The notes beneath the pieces are model-generated. The model made no database searches. It was not told the DNA's origin and saw nothing but the letters and a program-made list of their open reading frames with translations. From an uncultured Verrucomicrobiae bacterium (lineage in GTDB: Bacteria; Verrucomicrobiota; Verrucomicrobiia; Limisphaerales; UBA11358): a DNA stretch of 64,000 nucleotides. Within the stretch, counting starts at the first letter, position 1; every line of letters starts with the position of its first letter. Made by a program: the position numbers and the translations under genes. Shown here piece after piece: positions 48,732 through 60,856 of the stretch. The stretch lies in contig CAVTWB010000011.1 of assembly GCA_963738245.1 (NCBI GenBank), positions 83,498 to 147,497 of the forward strand, written 5' to 3'.

Positions 48732-48963
48732 GCCTAACACCGCGCGAGGCTGTGTGAAAAGTGGCGGAGCGAAATCCGGTAACGATCAAATTTTGGATAT
48801 GGCGAACTTTGATGAAATGAGCAGGCGGCTGCGACGGTCGAAAACTGAGTTTTCACACAGCCTCTCGCCGGAGCCAACCGGCAGCGGCGCGTCTGCGTCA
48901 ATCGGTAACGCCCGTGGCTGGCCGCGTCACTGGTTGCCGATGGTTCAGCTTTATTCGTTAGGC
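48732..48963 (+). mobile_element. attC-like site 3, interrupted by the same TIR element
   Basis: GCCTAAC 48732-48738, GGAGCCAAC 48870-48878, TGGTTCAGCTTTATTC, GTTAGGC 48957-48963. Confidence 0.55.
48740..48864. mobile_element. MITE-like insertion, copy 2
   Basis: Identical to 48010-48134. Confidence 0.6.
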
Positions 48964-49007
48964 GATTGAGCGCCTTGCCAGAACACTCCAACAGCAAAAA
49001 CTAACAA

Positions 49008-49655
49008 ATGACCAAACTCCGTGTAGAAAGCTTCACCATTTCGATTGATGGCTTCGGCGCAGGCCCGAATCAGAGCCTGGAGAACCCGCTTGGCGTCGGC
49101 GGACCCGCCCTTCATGGATGGGCGATGGCGACCCGCACCTTTCAGGAGAAAGTGCTGGGAAACAAAGGCGGAGAGGCCGGGATTGACGACGACTTTGCCC
49201 AGCGCGGCTTCCACAATGTGGGCGCGTGGATCATGGGCAGAAACATGTTCGGGCCGGTGCGCGGTGCCTGGCCGGATGAGAGCTGGCGAGGGTGGTGGGG
49301 TGAGAACCCGGTTTACCATGCGCAAGTTTTCGTGCTCACTAATCATCCTCGTGCGCCTCTCGTAATGGAGGGAGGCACGACTTTTCATTTCGTTACTGAC
49401 GGGATTCGCGTCGCACTTGAACGAGCGCGCGAAGCCGCCAACGGAAAGGATGTCCGCATCGGAGGCGGAGCGGCGACCATCAGGCAATACCTTCAGGAGC
49501 GATTGATCGATGAACTACATATCGCCATCTCACCAGTCTTGCTGGGCGCGGGTGAGCGGTTGTTCGACGGCATCAATCTCGTAGATTTGGGATACACATG
49601 CACCCAGCATGTCCCAACGCAGCGAGCAACTCACATCGTGCTAACCCGCACATGA
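49008..49655 (+). CDS. dihydrofolate reductase-family protein (RibD C-terminal domain type)
   Basis: MTKLRVESFTISIDGFGAGPNQ...GRNMFGPVRG...VRIGGGAATIRQYLQERLIDELHIAISPVLLGAGERLF. Confidence 0.85.
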   Translation: MTKLRVESFTISIDGFGAGPNQSLENPLGVGGPALHGWAMATRTFQEKVLGNKGGEAGIDDDFAQRGFHNVGAWIMGRNMFGPVRGAWPDESWRGWWGENPVYHAQVFVLTNHPRAPLVMEGGTTFHFVTDGIRVALERAREAANGKDVRIGGGAATIRQYLQERLIDELHIAISPVLLGAGERLFDGINLVDLGYTCTQHVPTQRATHIVLTRT

Positions 49656-49761
49656 ACTCAACGTCGCCTCTTGAGAAACTAGGCGTATAAGTTTATGGGG
49701 TGCAAAGGAGTTTGTAGCCGAGCGCGGCGGACTGATTATTGACCTTCAGAGACGTGAGAGG

Positions 49762-50112
49762 TTGCAGCGATATTGGCAGCGAGCGTGTAGCAACTTTCGC
49801 TGGCATCGGCGGTTTCCTCAAGCCCCGATTTCCGAGATTCGTGAGTTTCTTGATTTGTTCGTTGATGCTTTTGCTTTTAACCGGAAGCGGCGCTGCTGTT
49901 TTTCAACGGATGACCGAATCATGGAGATATATCGGACGATTTATCCGACCAACGACCACGGGGTTGACAGCGTGGAGTTGGAGTTTTTGTGCAAGATGGT
50001 CGAGAAGCGTTACGGCCTTGATTTGGCCTCGTCGTGGCGCGAAGACATCACGCTTGGAGAGATTTATGAGCAGACACATACGCCTAATATGCGGACAGGC
50101 TGCAAGGGCTGA
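49762..50112 (+). CDS. small hypothetical protein
   Basis: ORF 49762..50112 (TTG start, uncertain). ..DSVELEFLCKMVEKRYGLDL faintly resembles a carrier-protein helix. Confidence 0.4.
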   Translation: MQRYWQRACSNFRWHRRFPQAPISEIREFLDLFVDAFAFNRKRRCCFSTDDRIMEIYRTIYPTNDHGVDSVELEFLCKMVEKRYGLDLASSWREDITLGEIYEQTHTPNMRTGCKG

Positions 50113-50295
50113 CGTCTTCACCCAACCCAAAACGGCGCAGAGAGCTTTCTTCGCGCCGTTGGCATTTCGGAGCTTACCGCTTCCGCCATTCGGTTTTCGG
50201 CGGCTCCGGCAAACTTGCCCCCGCGCGCCGTTCAGCCAAAGGCAACGCCAACATTTTTGCGTGTGCCGGCGGGCTTTTTGCGGTAACTACGGGAC

Positions 50296-52194
50296 ATGAA
50301 CCGTGGCCTCCGCGTCACCACGCCGCCGGTCAAACCGTTGCTGGTTTATGACGGTGATTGCAATTTCTGCACGCTCTGGATCCGCCGCTGGCGGCAGTTG
50401 ACCGGCGACGCCGTGGATTATCTGCCCGCGCAGGACCCGCGCATCGCGGAACGGTTTCCGGAAATTCCGCAGGCCAGCTACGCCGCCGCCGTCCAGCTTG
50501 TCACCACCGACGGCCTGGTTTATGCCGGCGCGGAGGCGGTCTTCCGCACGCTCGCGCATCATCCGCGCTGGCAATGGCTGTTGCGCGCCTACGAAACCTC
50601 GCCGGTCGTGGCCGGGGTCACGGAGCGGGCCTACCGGTTCGTGGCGGAACACCGGCCGCTGTTCTCCCGGCTCACGCGCTGGTGCTGGGGCCGCCGGCTT
50701 GAAGCGCCGTCGTATTCCCTGGTCCGCTGGATTTTTCTGCGCGCGCTGGGTGTCGTTTATCTGGCCGCCTTCGTCTCGCTCTGGACGCAAGTCAACGGGT
50801 TGATCGGCCACAACGGCATCCTGCCGGCGGACCAGTTCATGTCGGAGGTGAAACAGTCGTGCGACATCCAGGGCATCGGCCTGGAGCGGTTCCACCTGGT
50901 GCCGACGTTGTGCTGGCTCGACAGTTCCGACGCCTTCCTCAATTTCCAATGCGCCGCCGGGACAATTTTGGCCGTGTTGCTGATTGCCGGCCTCGCGCCC
51001 GCGCCATGTCTTTTTCTGCTTTGGCTGGTTTATCTCTCGCTCACCACCGTCGCGCGCGATTTTCTCGGCTTCCAATGGGACAATCTGCTGCTCGAAACCG
51101 GCCTGCTGGCCGTCTTCTTCGCACCGCTGCAGCTTCTGCCGCGAACCTCGCGGGAGGCGCCGCCGTCAAAATTGTTTTTATGGCTGCTGCGGCTGCTGTT
51201 GTTCAAGCTGATGTTTTCGTCGGGCTGCGTGAAGCTCCTGAGCGGCGACCCGGCGTGGCGCAATCTCACGGCGCTCACCTTCCATTATCAAACGCAGCCG
51301 CTGCCGACGTGGATCGGCTGGTATGCGCAACAACTGCCGGTGTGGTTTCAAAAACTTTCCTGCGCCGCGATGTTCGGCATCGAACTCGGCGCGCCGTTTC
51401 TGATTTTTGCGCCGCGCCGCGTGCGGTTCGCCGGCGGCGGGCTGCTGGCGGGATTGCAACTGCTCATCCTGCTCACCGGCAATTACGCCTTCTTCAACTG
51501 GCTGACGCTCGCGCTCTGCCTGCTGTTGCTGGATGATTTCGTCCTGGAGAAACTGATTCCCGCCAAGCTGCGGCCCAAGTTTTCCTGCGACGACTCCGTT
51601 TCAACGCTGAATCGTCCGCGCCCGTGGTCGCGCCAGTGGCCGCGCCGTCTTCGCGCCGTGGTGGCGGGAATTCTTCTGGCCGGTTCCGGTTTCATGCTGG
51701 CCGACACGCTGGGCATCCGGAATCCGCTGCTCGCGCCGTTCGGCCTGGTGGCGGAAGTGCTCGCGCCGTTCCGCAGCGTGAACAGCTACGGCCTGTTCGC
51801 CGTGATGACGACGCAGCGCAATGAAATCATCGTCGAGGGCAGCAACGACGGCGTGAACTGGCTGCCGTATGAATTCAAATACAAGCCCGGCGATTTGAAC
51901 CGCCGGCCGGTTTTTGTCGCGCCCTTCCAGCCGCGTTTGGACTGGCAGATGTGGTTCGCGGCGCTGGGCAATTACCAGCAGAATCCGTGGTTCGGGAATT
52001 TTTGCACGCGGCTGCTGCAAGGCTCGCCCGACGTGCTGAAGCTGCTGGCCAAAAATCCGTTTCCCGGCAAACCGCCGCGCTTCATCCGCGCGGAATTATT
52101 CAATTACCGGTTTACCAGCTTCACGGAACGGCGCGCGACCGGCGCGTGGTGGCGGCGCGAGCCGCTGGGCGAATACATGCCGCCGAACAATTGA
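50296..52194 (+). CDS. fusion of DCC-family thiol-disulfide oxidoreductase (DUF393) and lipase maturation factor (LMF1-like) membrane domain
   Basis: N-terminus LLVYDGDCNFCTLWIRRW (DCC CxxC). Later GFQWDNLLLETGLLAVFFAP and ..FVAPFQPRLDWQMWFAAL, typical of the LMF family. Confidence 0.8.
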   Translation: MNRGLRVTTPPVKPLLVYDGDCNFCTLWIRRWRQLTGDAVDYLPAQDPRIAERFPEIPQASYAAAVQLVTTDGLVYAGAEAVFRTLAHHPRWQWLLRAYETSPVVAGVTERAYRFVAEHRPLFSRLTRWCWGRRLEAPSYSLVRWIFLRALGVVYLAAFVSLWTQVNGLIGHNGILPADQFMSEVKQSCDIQGIGLERFHLVPTLCWLDSSDAFLNFQCAAGTILAVLLIAGLAPAPCLFLLWLVYLSLTTVARDFLGFQWDNLLLETGLLAVFFAPLQLLPRTSREAPPSKLFLWLLRLLLFKLMFSSGCVKLLSGDPAWRNLTALTFHYQTQPLPTWIGWYAQQLPVWFQKLSCAAMFGIELGAPFLIFAPRRVRFAGGGLLAGLQLLILLTGNYAFFNWLTLALCLLLLDDFVLEKLIPAKLRPKFSCDDSVSTLNRPRPWSRQWPRRLRAVVAGILLAGSGFMLADTLGIRNPLLAPFGLVAEVLAPFRSVNSYGLFAVMTTQRNEIIVEGSNDGVNWLPYEFKYKPGDLNRRPVFVAPFQPRLDWQMWFAALGNYQQNPWFGNFCTRLLQGSPDVLKLLAKNPFPGKPPRFIRAELFNYRFTSFTERRATGAWWRREPLGEYMPPNN

Positions 52195-52221
52195 AGGAAC
52201 CAGCGCGGGCGGGGATTGCCG

Positions 52222-54915
52222 TCAGACCAGTTGCGGCTGGATTTTATCCGGGTCAACGCCCAAATCCTTGATGGCCTGCGCGACAACTTCGCGCCCGATG
52301 AGGTTTTTCTCCGCCAGCGCGTAAAGCGTGCCGATGACGGTGGACTCGGCATCCACGCCGAAGAACCGGCGCAGGCGCGCGCGGGTGTCGCTGCGCCCGA
52401 AGCCGTCCGTGCCGAGCGTGAACAATCCGCCGGGAACCCACGGCGCAATCTGGTCCGGCACGGTGCGGATATTGTCCGAGACCGCGACGAAGGCCCCCTG
52501 CTCTTTCGCGAGCAGGTTTTCGACGTAGGATTTTTTCGGAGTCTCCGTCGGGTGCAAAACATTCCAGCGCTGGCAGGCGATGGCGTCGGTGCGAAGCAGC
52601 TTGTAACTGGTCGCGCTCCAGACATCGGCGCTGACTCCGTATTTTTCCGCGAGAATTTCCTGCGCCTTCAACGCCGATTGCATGATCGAGCCGCTGCCGA
52701 AAATGTGCGCCTTGATTTTCTTGTCCTCCGCGCCGGGCTTGAATTTATACAGGCCCTTCAAGATGCCGTCCTCGACGCCATCGGGCATAGCGGGCATCGC
52801 ATGATTTTCGTTATAGACGGCGAGGTAATAAAAAATGTCCTCGTGCTCGACGAACATCCGGCGCAGGCCGTCGGCCACGATGACCGCGAGTTCGTAGGCG
52901 AACGCGGGATCGTAAGGCAGGCAGGTTGGAATCGTGCTGGCATGGAGCAGGCTGTGGCCGTCCTGATGTTGCAGGCCCTCGCCGTTGAGCGTCGTTCGGC
53001 CGGAAGTTGCGCCGAGCAAAAAGCCCTTCGCCCGGATGTCGCCGGCAAGCCAGAACAAATCGCCGACGCGCTGCGGACCGAACATCGAGTAGTAAATATA
53101 AAACGGAATTGTCGGCACGCCATGCGTGGCATAGCTCGTGCCGGCGGCGATGAACGACGCCATCGAACCGGCCTCGCTGATGCCTTCTTCGAGGATCTGG
53201 CCGTCTTTCGTCTCGCGATAATACATCAGCGATTTGTTGTCCACCGGCTCGTAAAGCTGCCCCTTGGGCGAATAAATCCCAACCTCGCGAAACAGCGAGT
53301 CCACGCCGAACGTGCGCGCCTCGTCGGGAATGATCGGCACGATTTGCCGGCCGATGGATTTATGGCGCAACAGCAACCGCAGCACGCTGACGAAAGCGGT
53401 CGTGGTGGAAACCTCCGTCTTGCCGGGGTTGAAAAATTCCACAAAATAATCCCGCGCGGGCGCGTCGAGCGTGGCCGGCTTGACAATGCGTGCCGGAAGA
53501 AACCCGCCAAGTTTTTTGCGCTGCTTGAGAAGATATTTCATCTCCGGGCTGTCGGCCGGCGGACGATAGAACGGCATGTCGGCAATGACGTCGTCGGTCA
53601 GCGGAATGTCGAAACGCGCCCGGAACTCGCGGAGTTCCTTCTCGTTCATTTTCTTCTGCTGGTGCGAAATGTTTTTGCCCTCGCCCGCTTCGCCGAGGCC
53701 GTAGCCCTTGACGGTTTTGGCAAGCACAACGGTCGGCTGGCCCTTGTGTTCCATCGCGGATTTGTAGGCCGCATATACCTTGCGCACATCGTGGCCGCCG
53801 CGCAGGAGCTTGGAAATCTGCTGGTCGCTCAGATGATTCACCAGTTCGAGCAGCTGCGGATATTTGCCGAAGAAATGTCTGCGCGTGTAGCTGCCCGGCT
53901 CGACGATGTATTTCTGGTAATCGCCGTCCACGCATTCTTCAAAGCGCTTAAGCAGGAGACCGGACTTGTCGCGCTTGATGATGTCGTCCCATTCGGTGCC
54001 CCAGATCACCTTGATGACATTCCAGCCCGCCCCGTGGAACAAGCCTTCCAGCTCCTGGATGATTTTTCCGTTGCCGCGCACCGGGCCGTCGAGCCGCTGC
54101 AAATTGCAATTCACAACCCAGACGAGGTTGTCGAGATTTTCGCGCGCGGCGAGCGTGATGGCGCCGAGCGATTCCGGCTCGTCTGATTCGCCGTCGCCGA
54201 GGAACGCCCAGACCTTCGGTTCTTCCTTCCAGTTCACCAACCCGCGCGCCTGCAGGTAACGGTTGAACCGCGCCTGATACAGCGACATGATCGGGCCGAG
54301 GCCCATTGAGACCGTTGGAAACTGCCAGAACTCCGGCATCAAATATGGATGCGGATACGACGACAGCCCGCCGCCCTCGGCGAGTTCCTGGCGGAAATTT
54401 TGCAACTGTTTTTCGCTGATGCGGCCTTCGAGATAGGCGCGCGCATACATGCCGGGCGCGGCGTGACCCTGGAAATATACGATGTCGCCGGGAAAGTTTT
54501 CCGTCGCGCCGCGGAAAAAATGATTCTGCGCCACTTCGTAAAGCGTCGCCGACGACGCGAACGACGCGATATGCCCGCCGACGTTCGTGTTGGAATTCGC
54601 CTTCACCACCATCGCCATCGCGTTCCAGCGGATGAGGCTTTTGATGCGGCGCTCGATGTCGCGGTCGCCGGGGAATGCCGCCTGCTGCTCCGGCGGGATG
54701 GTGTTGACATAAGGCGTGGTCAGGCCGGCGGACGGGCGTGGTGCGGTGCGCAACTGATCCGCGAGCTTTTCCAGCAGTTGCGCCGTGCGCTCCGGCCCCT
54801 GGCTTTGCATGGCCAGTTCAAACACCGATTGCAACGATTCCGACATCTTGTCGCCGTTGCCGGTGGACGCGGACGCGCCACGCGAACCGTAAATGTCTTT
54901 TTTTGATGCTTTCAC
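52222..54915 (-). CDS. aceE: pyruvate dehydrogenase E1 component (homodimeric type)
   Basis: 897-aa intact ORF; ..GGHIASFASSATLYEV..FLGDGESDEPESLGA.. ThDP motifs. Confidence 0.95.
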   Translation of the reverse strand: MKASKKDIYGSRGASASTGNGDKMSESLQSVFELAMQSQGPERTAQLLEKLADQLRTAPRPSAGLTTPYVNTIPPEQQAAFPGDRDIERRIKSLIRWNAMAMVVKANSNTNVGGHIASFASSATLYEVAQNHFFRGATENFPGDIVYFQGHAAPGMYARAYLEGRISEKQLQNFRQELAEGGGLSSYPHPYLMPEFWQFPTVSMGLGPIMSLYQARFNRYLQARGLVNWKEEPKVWAFLGDGESDEPESLGAITLAARENLDNLVWVVNCNLQRLDGPVRGNGKIIQELEGLFHGAGWNVIKVIWGTEWDDIIKRDKSGLLLKRFEECVDGDYQKYIVEPGSYTRRHFFGKYPQLLELVNHLSDQQISKLLRGGHDVRKVYAAYKSAMEHKGQPTVVLAKTVKGYGLGEAGEGKNISHQQKKMNEKELREFRARFDIPLTDDVIADMPFYRPPADSPEMKYLLKQRKKLGGFLPARIVKPATLDAPARDYFVEFFNPGKTEVSTTTAFVSVLRLLLRHKSIGRQIVPIIPDEARTFGVDSLFREVGIYSPKGQLYEPVDNKSLMYYRETKDGQILEEGISEAGSMASFIAAGTSYATHGVPTIPFYIYYSMFGPQRVGDLFWLAGDIRAKGFLLGATSGRTTLNGEGLQHQDGHSLLHASTIPTCLPYDPAFAYELAVIVADGLRRMFVEHEDIFYYLAVYNENHAMPAMPDGVEDGILKGLYKFKPGAEDKKIKAHIFGSGSIMQSALKAQEILAEKYGVSADVWSATSYKLLRTDAIACQRWNVLHPTETPKKSYVENLLAKEQGAFVAVSDNIRTVPDQIAPWVPGGLFTLGTDGFGRSDTRARLRRFFGVDAESTVIGTLYALAEKNLIGREVVAQAIKDLGVDPDKIQPQLV

Positions 54916-55001
54916 TTGAGTAAATTCACGCTCCAGCGCAGGAAATGCGCAACCAGATTAAACCCAATCCGGCCGGCCAAAGCCAGCGAAATTACTCTAC
55001 C

Positions 55002-55742
55002 ATGAAGTGGTTCAATCTCAACCTCCATCCGCCCGCCGAGCAGCTTGCGGGCGACGAGGCGCTGCTTGACCGGTGCGAAAACGGCGGCGGCGAAGAAACC
55101 CTGCTGTTCTGGGAGCCGCGCCAATTATTCGTCGTCGTCGGCTACGCGAACAAAGTGGCGACCGAAGTGAACGTCGCCGCGTGCGCCGCGAAAGGCGTTC
55201 CGATTTTTCGGCGCTGCTCCGGCGGCGGCACGGTGCTGCAGGCTCCCGGCTGCTTGAACTACGCGCTCATCCTGCGCATCACCGATGACGGGCCATGTCG
55301 CACCATTACGTCGGCCAATAAATTCATCATGGAGAAAAACCGGGCGGCAATCGAAACACCTTTCAAATCGCAAATCGCAAATCGCAAATCGCAAATCTCC
55401 GTCCGCGGCCACACCGACCTGGCGATGGCCGGACGGAAGTTTTCCGGCAATTCACAGCGCCGGAAAAAAAACTTCCTGCTGTTTCACGGGACGTTTCTTT
55501 TGAATTTCAACCTGGCCCTCGTCGGCGAATTCCTGCGGATGCCGTCGCAGCAGCCGGATTATCGCGCCGGGCGCAGCCACGATGAATTTCTGGCGAACCT
55601 GAATCTTCCGGCGCGCGAGGTCATCGCCGCCGTGAAGCAGGCATGGGGCGCGGACGGCGAGCTGCACGATTTTCCAGAAGCGGAAACCAAAAATCTCGCC
55701 GCGCGGAAATATGCGGACGACAGATGGAACCTGAAGTTGTAA
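55002..55742 (+). CDS. lipoate/octanoyl protein ligase family protein (LplA/LipB fold)
   Basis: From ATG 55002: ..RRCSGGGTVLQAPGCLNYALIL..GRKFSGNSQRR. It lies divergent from aceE. Confidence 0.8.
   Translation: MKWFNLNLHPPAEQLAGDEALLDRCENGGGEETLLFWEPRQLFVVVGYANKVATEVNVAACAAKGVPIFRRCSGGGTVLQAPGCLNYALILRITDDGPCRTITSANKFIMEKNRAAIETPFKSQIANRKSQISVRGHTDLAMAGRKFSGNSQRRKKNFLLFHGTFLLNFNLALVGEFLRMPSQQPDYRAGRSHDEFLANLNLPAREVIAAVKQAWGADGELHDFPEAETKNLAARKYADDRWNLKL
55364..55397 (+). repeat. heptanucleotide microsatellite (CAAATCG) x 4.9 inside the ligase gene
   Basis: CAAATCG at 55364, 55371, 55378 and 55385, plus CAAATC at 55392. Encodes KSQIANRKSQI. Confidence 0.9.
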
Positions 55743-55780
55743 TTGAAATCCGCGCCGCCAGCCGTTAAGTAATTCCCCGG

Positions 55781-56614
55781 ATGCGAAAAATTACCTCAAT
55801 CCTGCTTTGCATTATTGTTCTGGAATTTTGCGGCCATTGCGCCGGCGCGGACTACAAGCAGATTTTAATTTCACCCACGACCAATGCCATCCGAGTCCGC
55901 CTGCCGCTGACGGACGTGACCGGCAAAGTCCGCGTGAAGGAAAAGACGCCGGCCGGCTTTGGAATTCCGGTTGCGCCGAGCAAGACCGTGCTCGACGGAA
56001 ATTATTATCTCGAATGGCAGATCGGCTATGACGTTCCGAACACCAACAGCCCGACCGTCGTTCCCCAAATCAATTTCATCCGCAACGGCGAAATCAAATA
56101 CGGCCACGAGCTTGCCAGGATTATTTTTGAAGCCGTGCAGCTCGGCTTGATTTCGACCAATGATTTAATCCGCGAAATTGAAGTGTTGAAAAAAATTCCA
56201 GCAAATGAGTTCGAGGAAAATCAGGCGGTGCGGGTGGAAGTTTCAACGAACAGTGCGGCGGATGGTTTCCAAAGCGCGGTCCAGCGCCTGCCGCAGTTCA
56301 CCAAGACCACGCCGCGCGGCTGGGTGCAAATCCAGCTCAAGCAGAAGCAGCGCGCCGTCGGCTATCAGGCGATGGTTTATGTCTGCCTGCCGATGACGGA
56401 AGTGCTGACGATGGACGGCTCGCCGCGACAGGCCGGAAAGGCGCACCCAAAGGAAACCGTTTATTACGATTTCAACCGCGACAATGCAGCGTTCCTGCTG
56501 GACATCGTCCACGCCTTCGGCATCGCCTCGCTGCAGCACAATGAAGACCTCCGCAACATTCTCGGCAAGATTTTGCAAACGGCTGGCAGCAGCGTGTCGG
56601 CAGACCGCCGCTGA
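55781..56614 (+). CDS. secreted hypothetical protein
   Basis: ORF 55781..56614 with an N-terminal signal-like segment. Confidence 0.6.
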   Translation: MRKITSILLCIIVLEFCGHCAGADYKQILISPTTNAIRVRLPLTDVTGKVRVKEKTPAGFGIPVAPSKTVLDGNYYLEWQIGYDVPNTNSPTVVPQINFIRNGEIKYGHELARIIFEAVQLGLISTNDLIREIEVLKKIPANEFEENQAVRVEVSTNSAADGFQSAVQRLPQFTKTTPRGWVQIQLKQKQRAVGYQAMVYVCLPMTEVLTMDGSPRQAGKAHPKETVYYDFNRDNAAFLLDIVHAFGIASLQHNEDLRNILGKILQTAGSSVSADRR

Positions 56615-56621
56615 GGAGCCG

Positions 56622-57800
56622 CTACGCCTTCTTCCGCCGCCAGCCGGCGATGAACATGCCGTTGCCGCCCAAGTCTTGCGGCCAGATGGTTTTTGTAGCG
56701 ATGGTCGGTTGACCGCCCGAAAAAATCGCAGGCAACAGCAGCGGTTCAAACTCCGCCGCAAACTTCGCATTAAAATCGTCCACCACCTCCGTCGTCTCCG
56801 CGCGCGACAAGGTGCAGACGGAGAAAATCAATTTGCCGCCCGGTTTCACGCTCGGCGCGACGTGCGCCAGCAAATTCTTCTGAATCGCCGACAATTCGCG
56901 CACGTCGTTTTCGGTCGTGGTCCAACGCGCCTGCGGATTGCGCTGCCAGGTGCCGATGCCGCTGCACGGCGCGTCCACCAGCACGCCGTCAAACTTCGTT
57001 TTCGTCGGCAGCTTCCTGCCGCCGTCCCAAAACACCGAGCGATAATTGAAAACTTTGGCGCGGCCGGTCCGTCGCTTGAGCTTTTGCAAACGCCATTCCG
57101 CGCGGTCGCTCGCCCAGAGCAGGCCCTTGTTCTGCATCAAGTCGGAAAGGTGGAGCGTCTTGCCGCCTTCGCCCGCGCAAGTGTCCCACCACGTCTCGCC
57201 CGGCTGCGGATCGCAGAGCAGGCCGACGACTTGTGACGCGATGTCTTGGATCTCAAATTCGCCCGCGTGAAATTCCGGCGTCTTGAACAAATCCATTTCG
57301 CCATTGAACACCAAGGCGTCCGGCAACAACGGGCTGGCTTCCGCGCCAAATAATTTTTCCGCGAGCGACGCCGCCGTTCCGCGCTTGGCGCGCAGCCACA
57401 ATTTCGGTTCGCGCTGCAAGGAACGCAGCCAGTCATCGCCGACCTCCATGCAGTCCGCCGTCCAAGCCGGCACGGCCTTGGCGCGCAACTCGGACAGGGG
57501 AACGCTGGCTTCGTTGTCCTGGAACCGCTGGTTCAACCGCAGCGCCAGCCGCATTTTTGCCTCCACGCCGCGCTCCTCGCGCAGCCAGACGTGCCAGCGG
57601 TAATAAATGAAAACGGTCTTGGCGATTTCCGTCGCGTCGAAGGGCGCGAGGTTGCGGAGCGATTTCAGCACCTCGCGCAACGCGGCGTCCGCCGGCTTGT
57701 CCTTGCCGGTTTGCCGGATCACTTCCGCCGCAATTTCGTGAACTTTATGAATCACCGCCGCAGCATACGCGATTGGGCGGCGACAACACAACGCGGACAT
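56622..57800 (-). CDS. RsmB/NOL1/NOP2/Sun-family rRNA m5C methyltransferase
   Basis: DTCAGEGGKTLHL (SAM motif) and LVDAPCSGIGTWQRNP. Start set at ATG 57800 because the acnA terminator hairpin occupies 57824-57849. Confidence 0.8.
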   Translation of the reverse strand: MSALCCRRPIAYAAAVIHKVHEIAAEVIRQTGKDKPADAALREVLKSLRNLAPFDATEIAKTVFIYYRWHVWLREERGVEAKMRLALRLNQRFQDNEASVPLSELRAKAVPAWTADCMEVGDDWLRSLQREPKLWLRAKRGTAASLAEKLFGAEASPLLPDALVFNGEMDLFKTPEFHAGEFEIQDIASQVVGLLCDPQPGETWWDTCAGEGGKTLHLSDLMQNKGLLWASDRAEWRLQKLKRRTGRAKVFNYRSVFWDGGRKLPTKTKFDGVLVDAPCSGIGTWQRNPQARWTTTENDVRELSAIQKNLLAHVAPSVKPGGKLIFSVCTLSRAETTEVVDDFNAKFAAEFEPLLLPAIFSGGQPTIATKTIWPQDLGGNGMFIAGWRRKKA

Positions 57801-57811
57801 CTTGAGAAACT

Positions 57812-57850
57812 GGAAATGAAAATGCCGGGCTTCTGGATTGAAGCCCGGCA
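57812..57850 (-). terminator. rho-independent terminator of acnA
   Basis: GCCGGGCTT/AAGCCCGGC stem (57824-57849). On the minus strand it is followed by ATTTTCATTTCC. Confidence 0.65.
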
Positions 57851-57867
57851 TCTGAATTATTTTTTCC

Positions 57868-60748
<2,881 letters not shown>

Positions 60749-60856
60749 TTAATTTTGTAATTATAACAATAACCATAAGAAAATGAAGATTGTGCGCGGC
60801 GCTGTCAAGCGAAGCGCGCAAGAGAAATTTGCCGCCAACTTTGGAGCGCGAGCAAA

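Noticed and set aside
52216-54186. 656-aa plus-strand ORF
   Set aside because: Antisense to aceE (897 aa, unmistakable E1 motifs), with low-complexity Arg/Ala-rich sequence.
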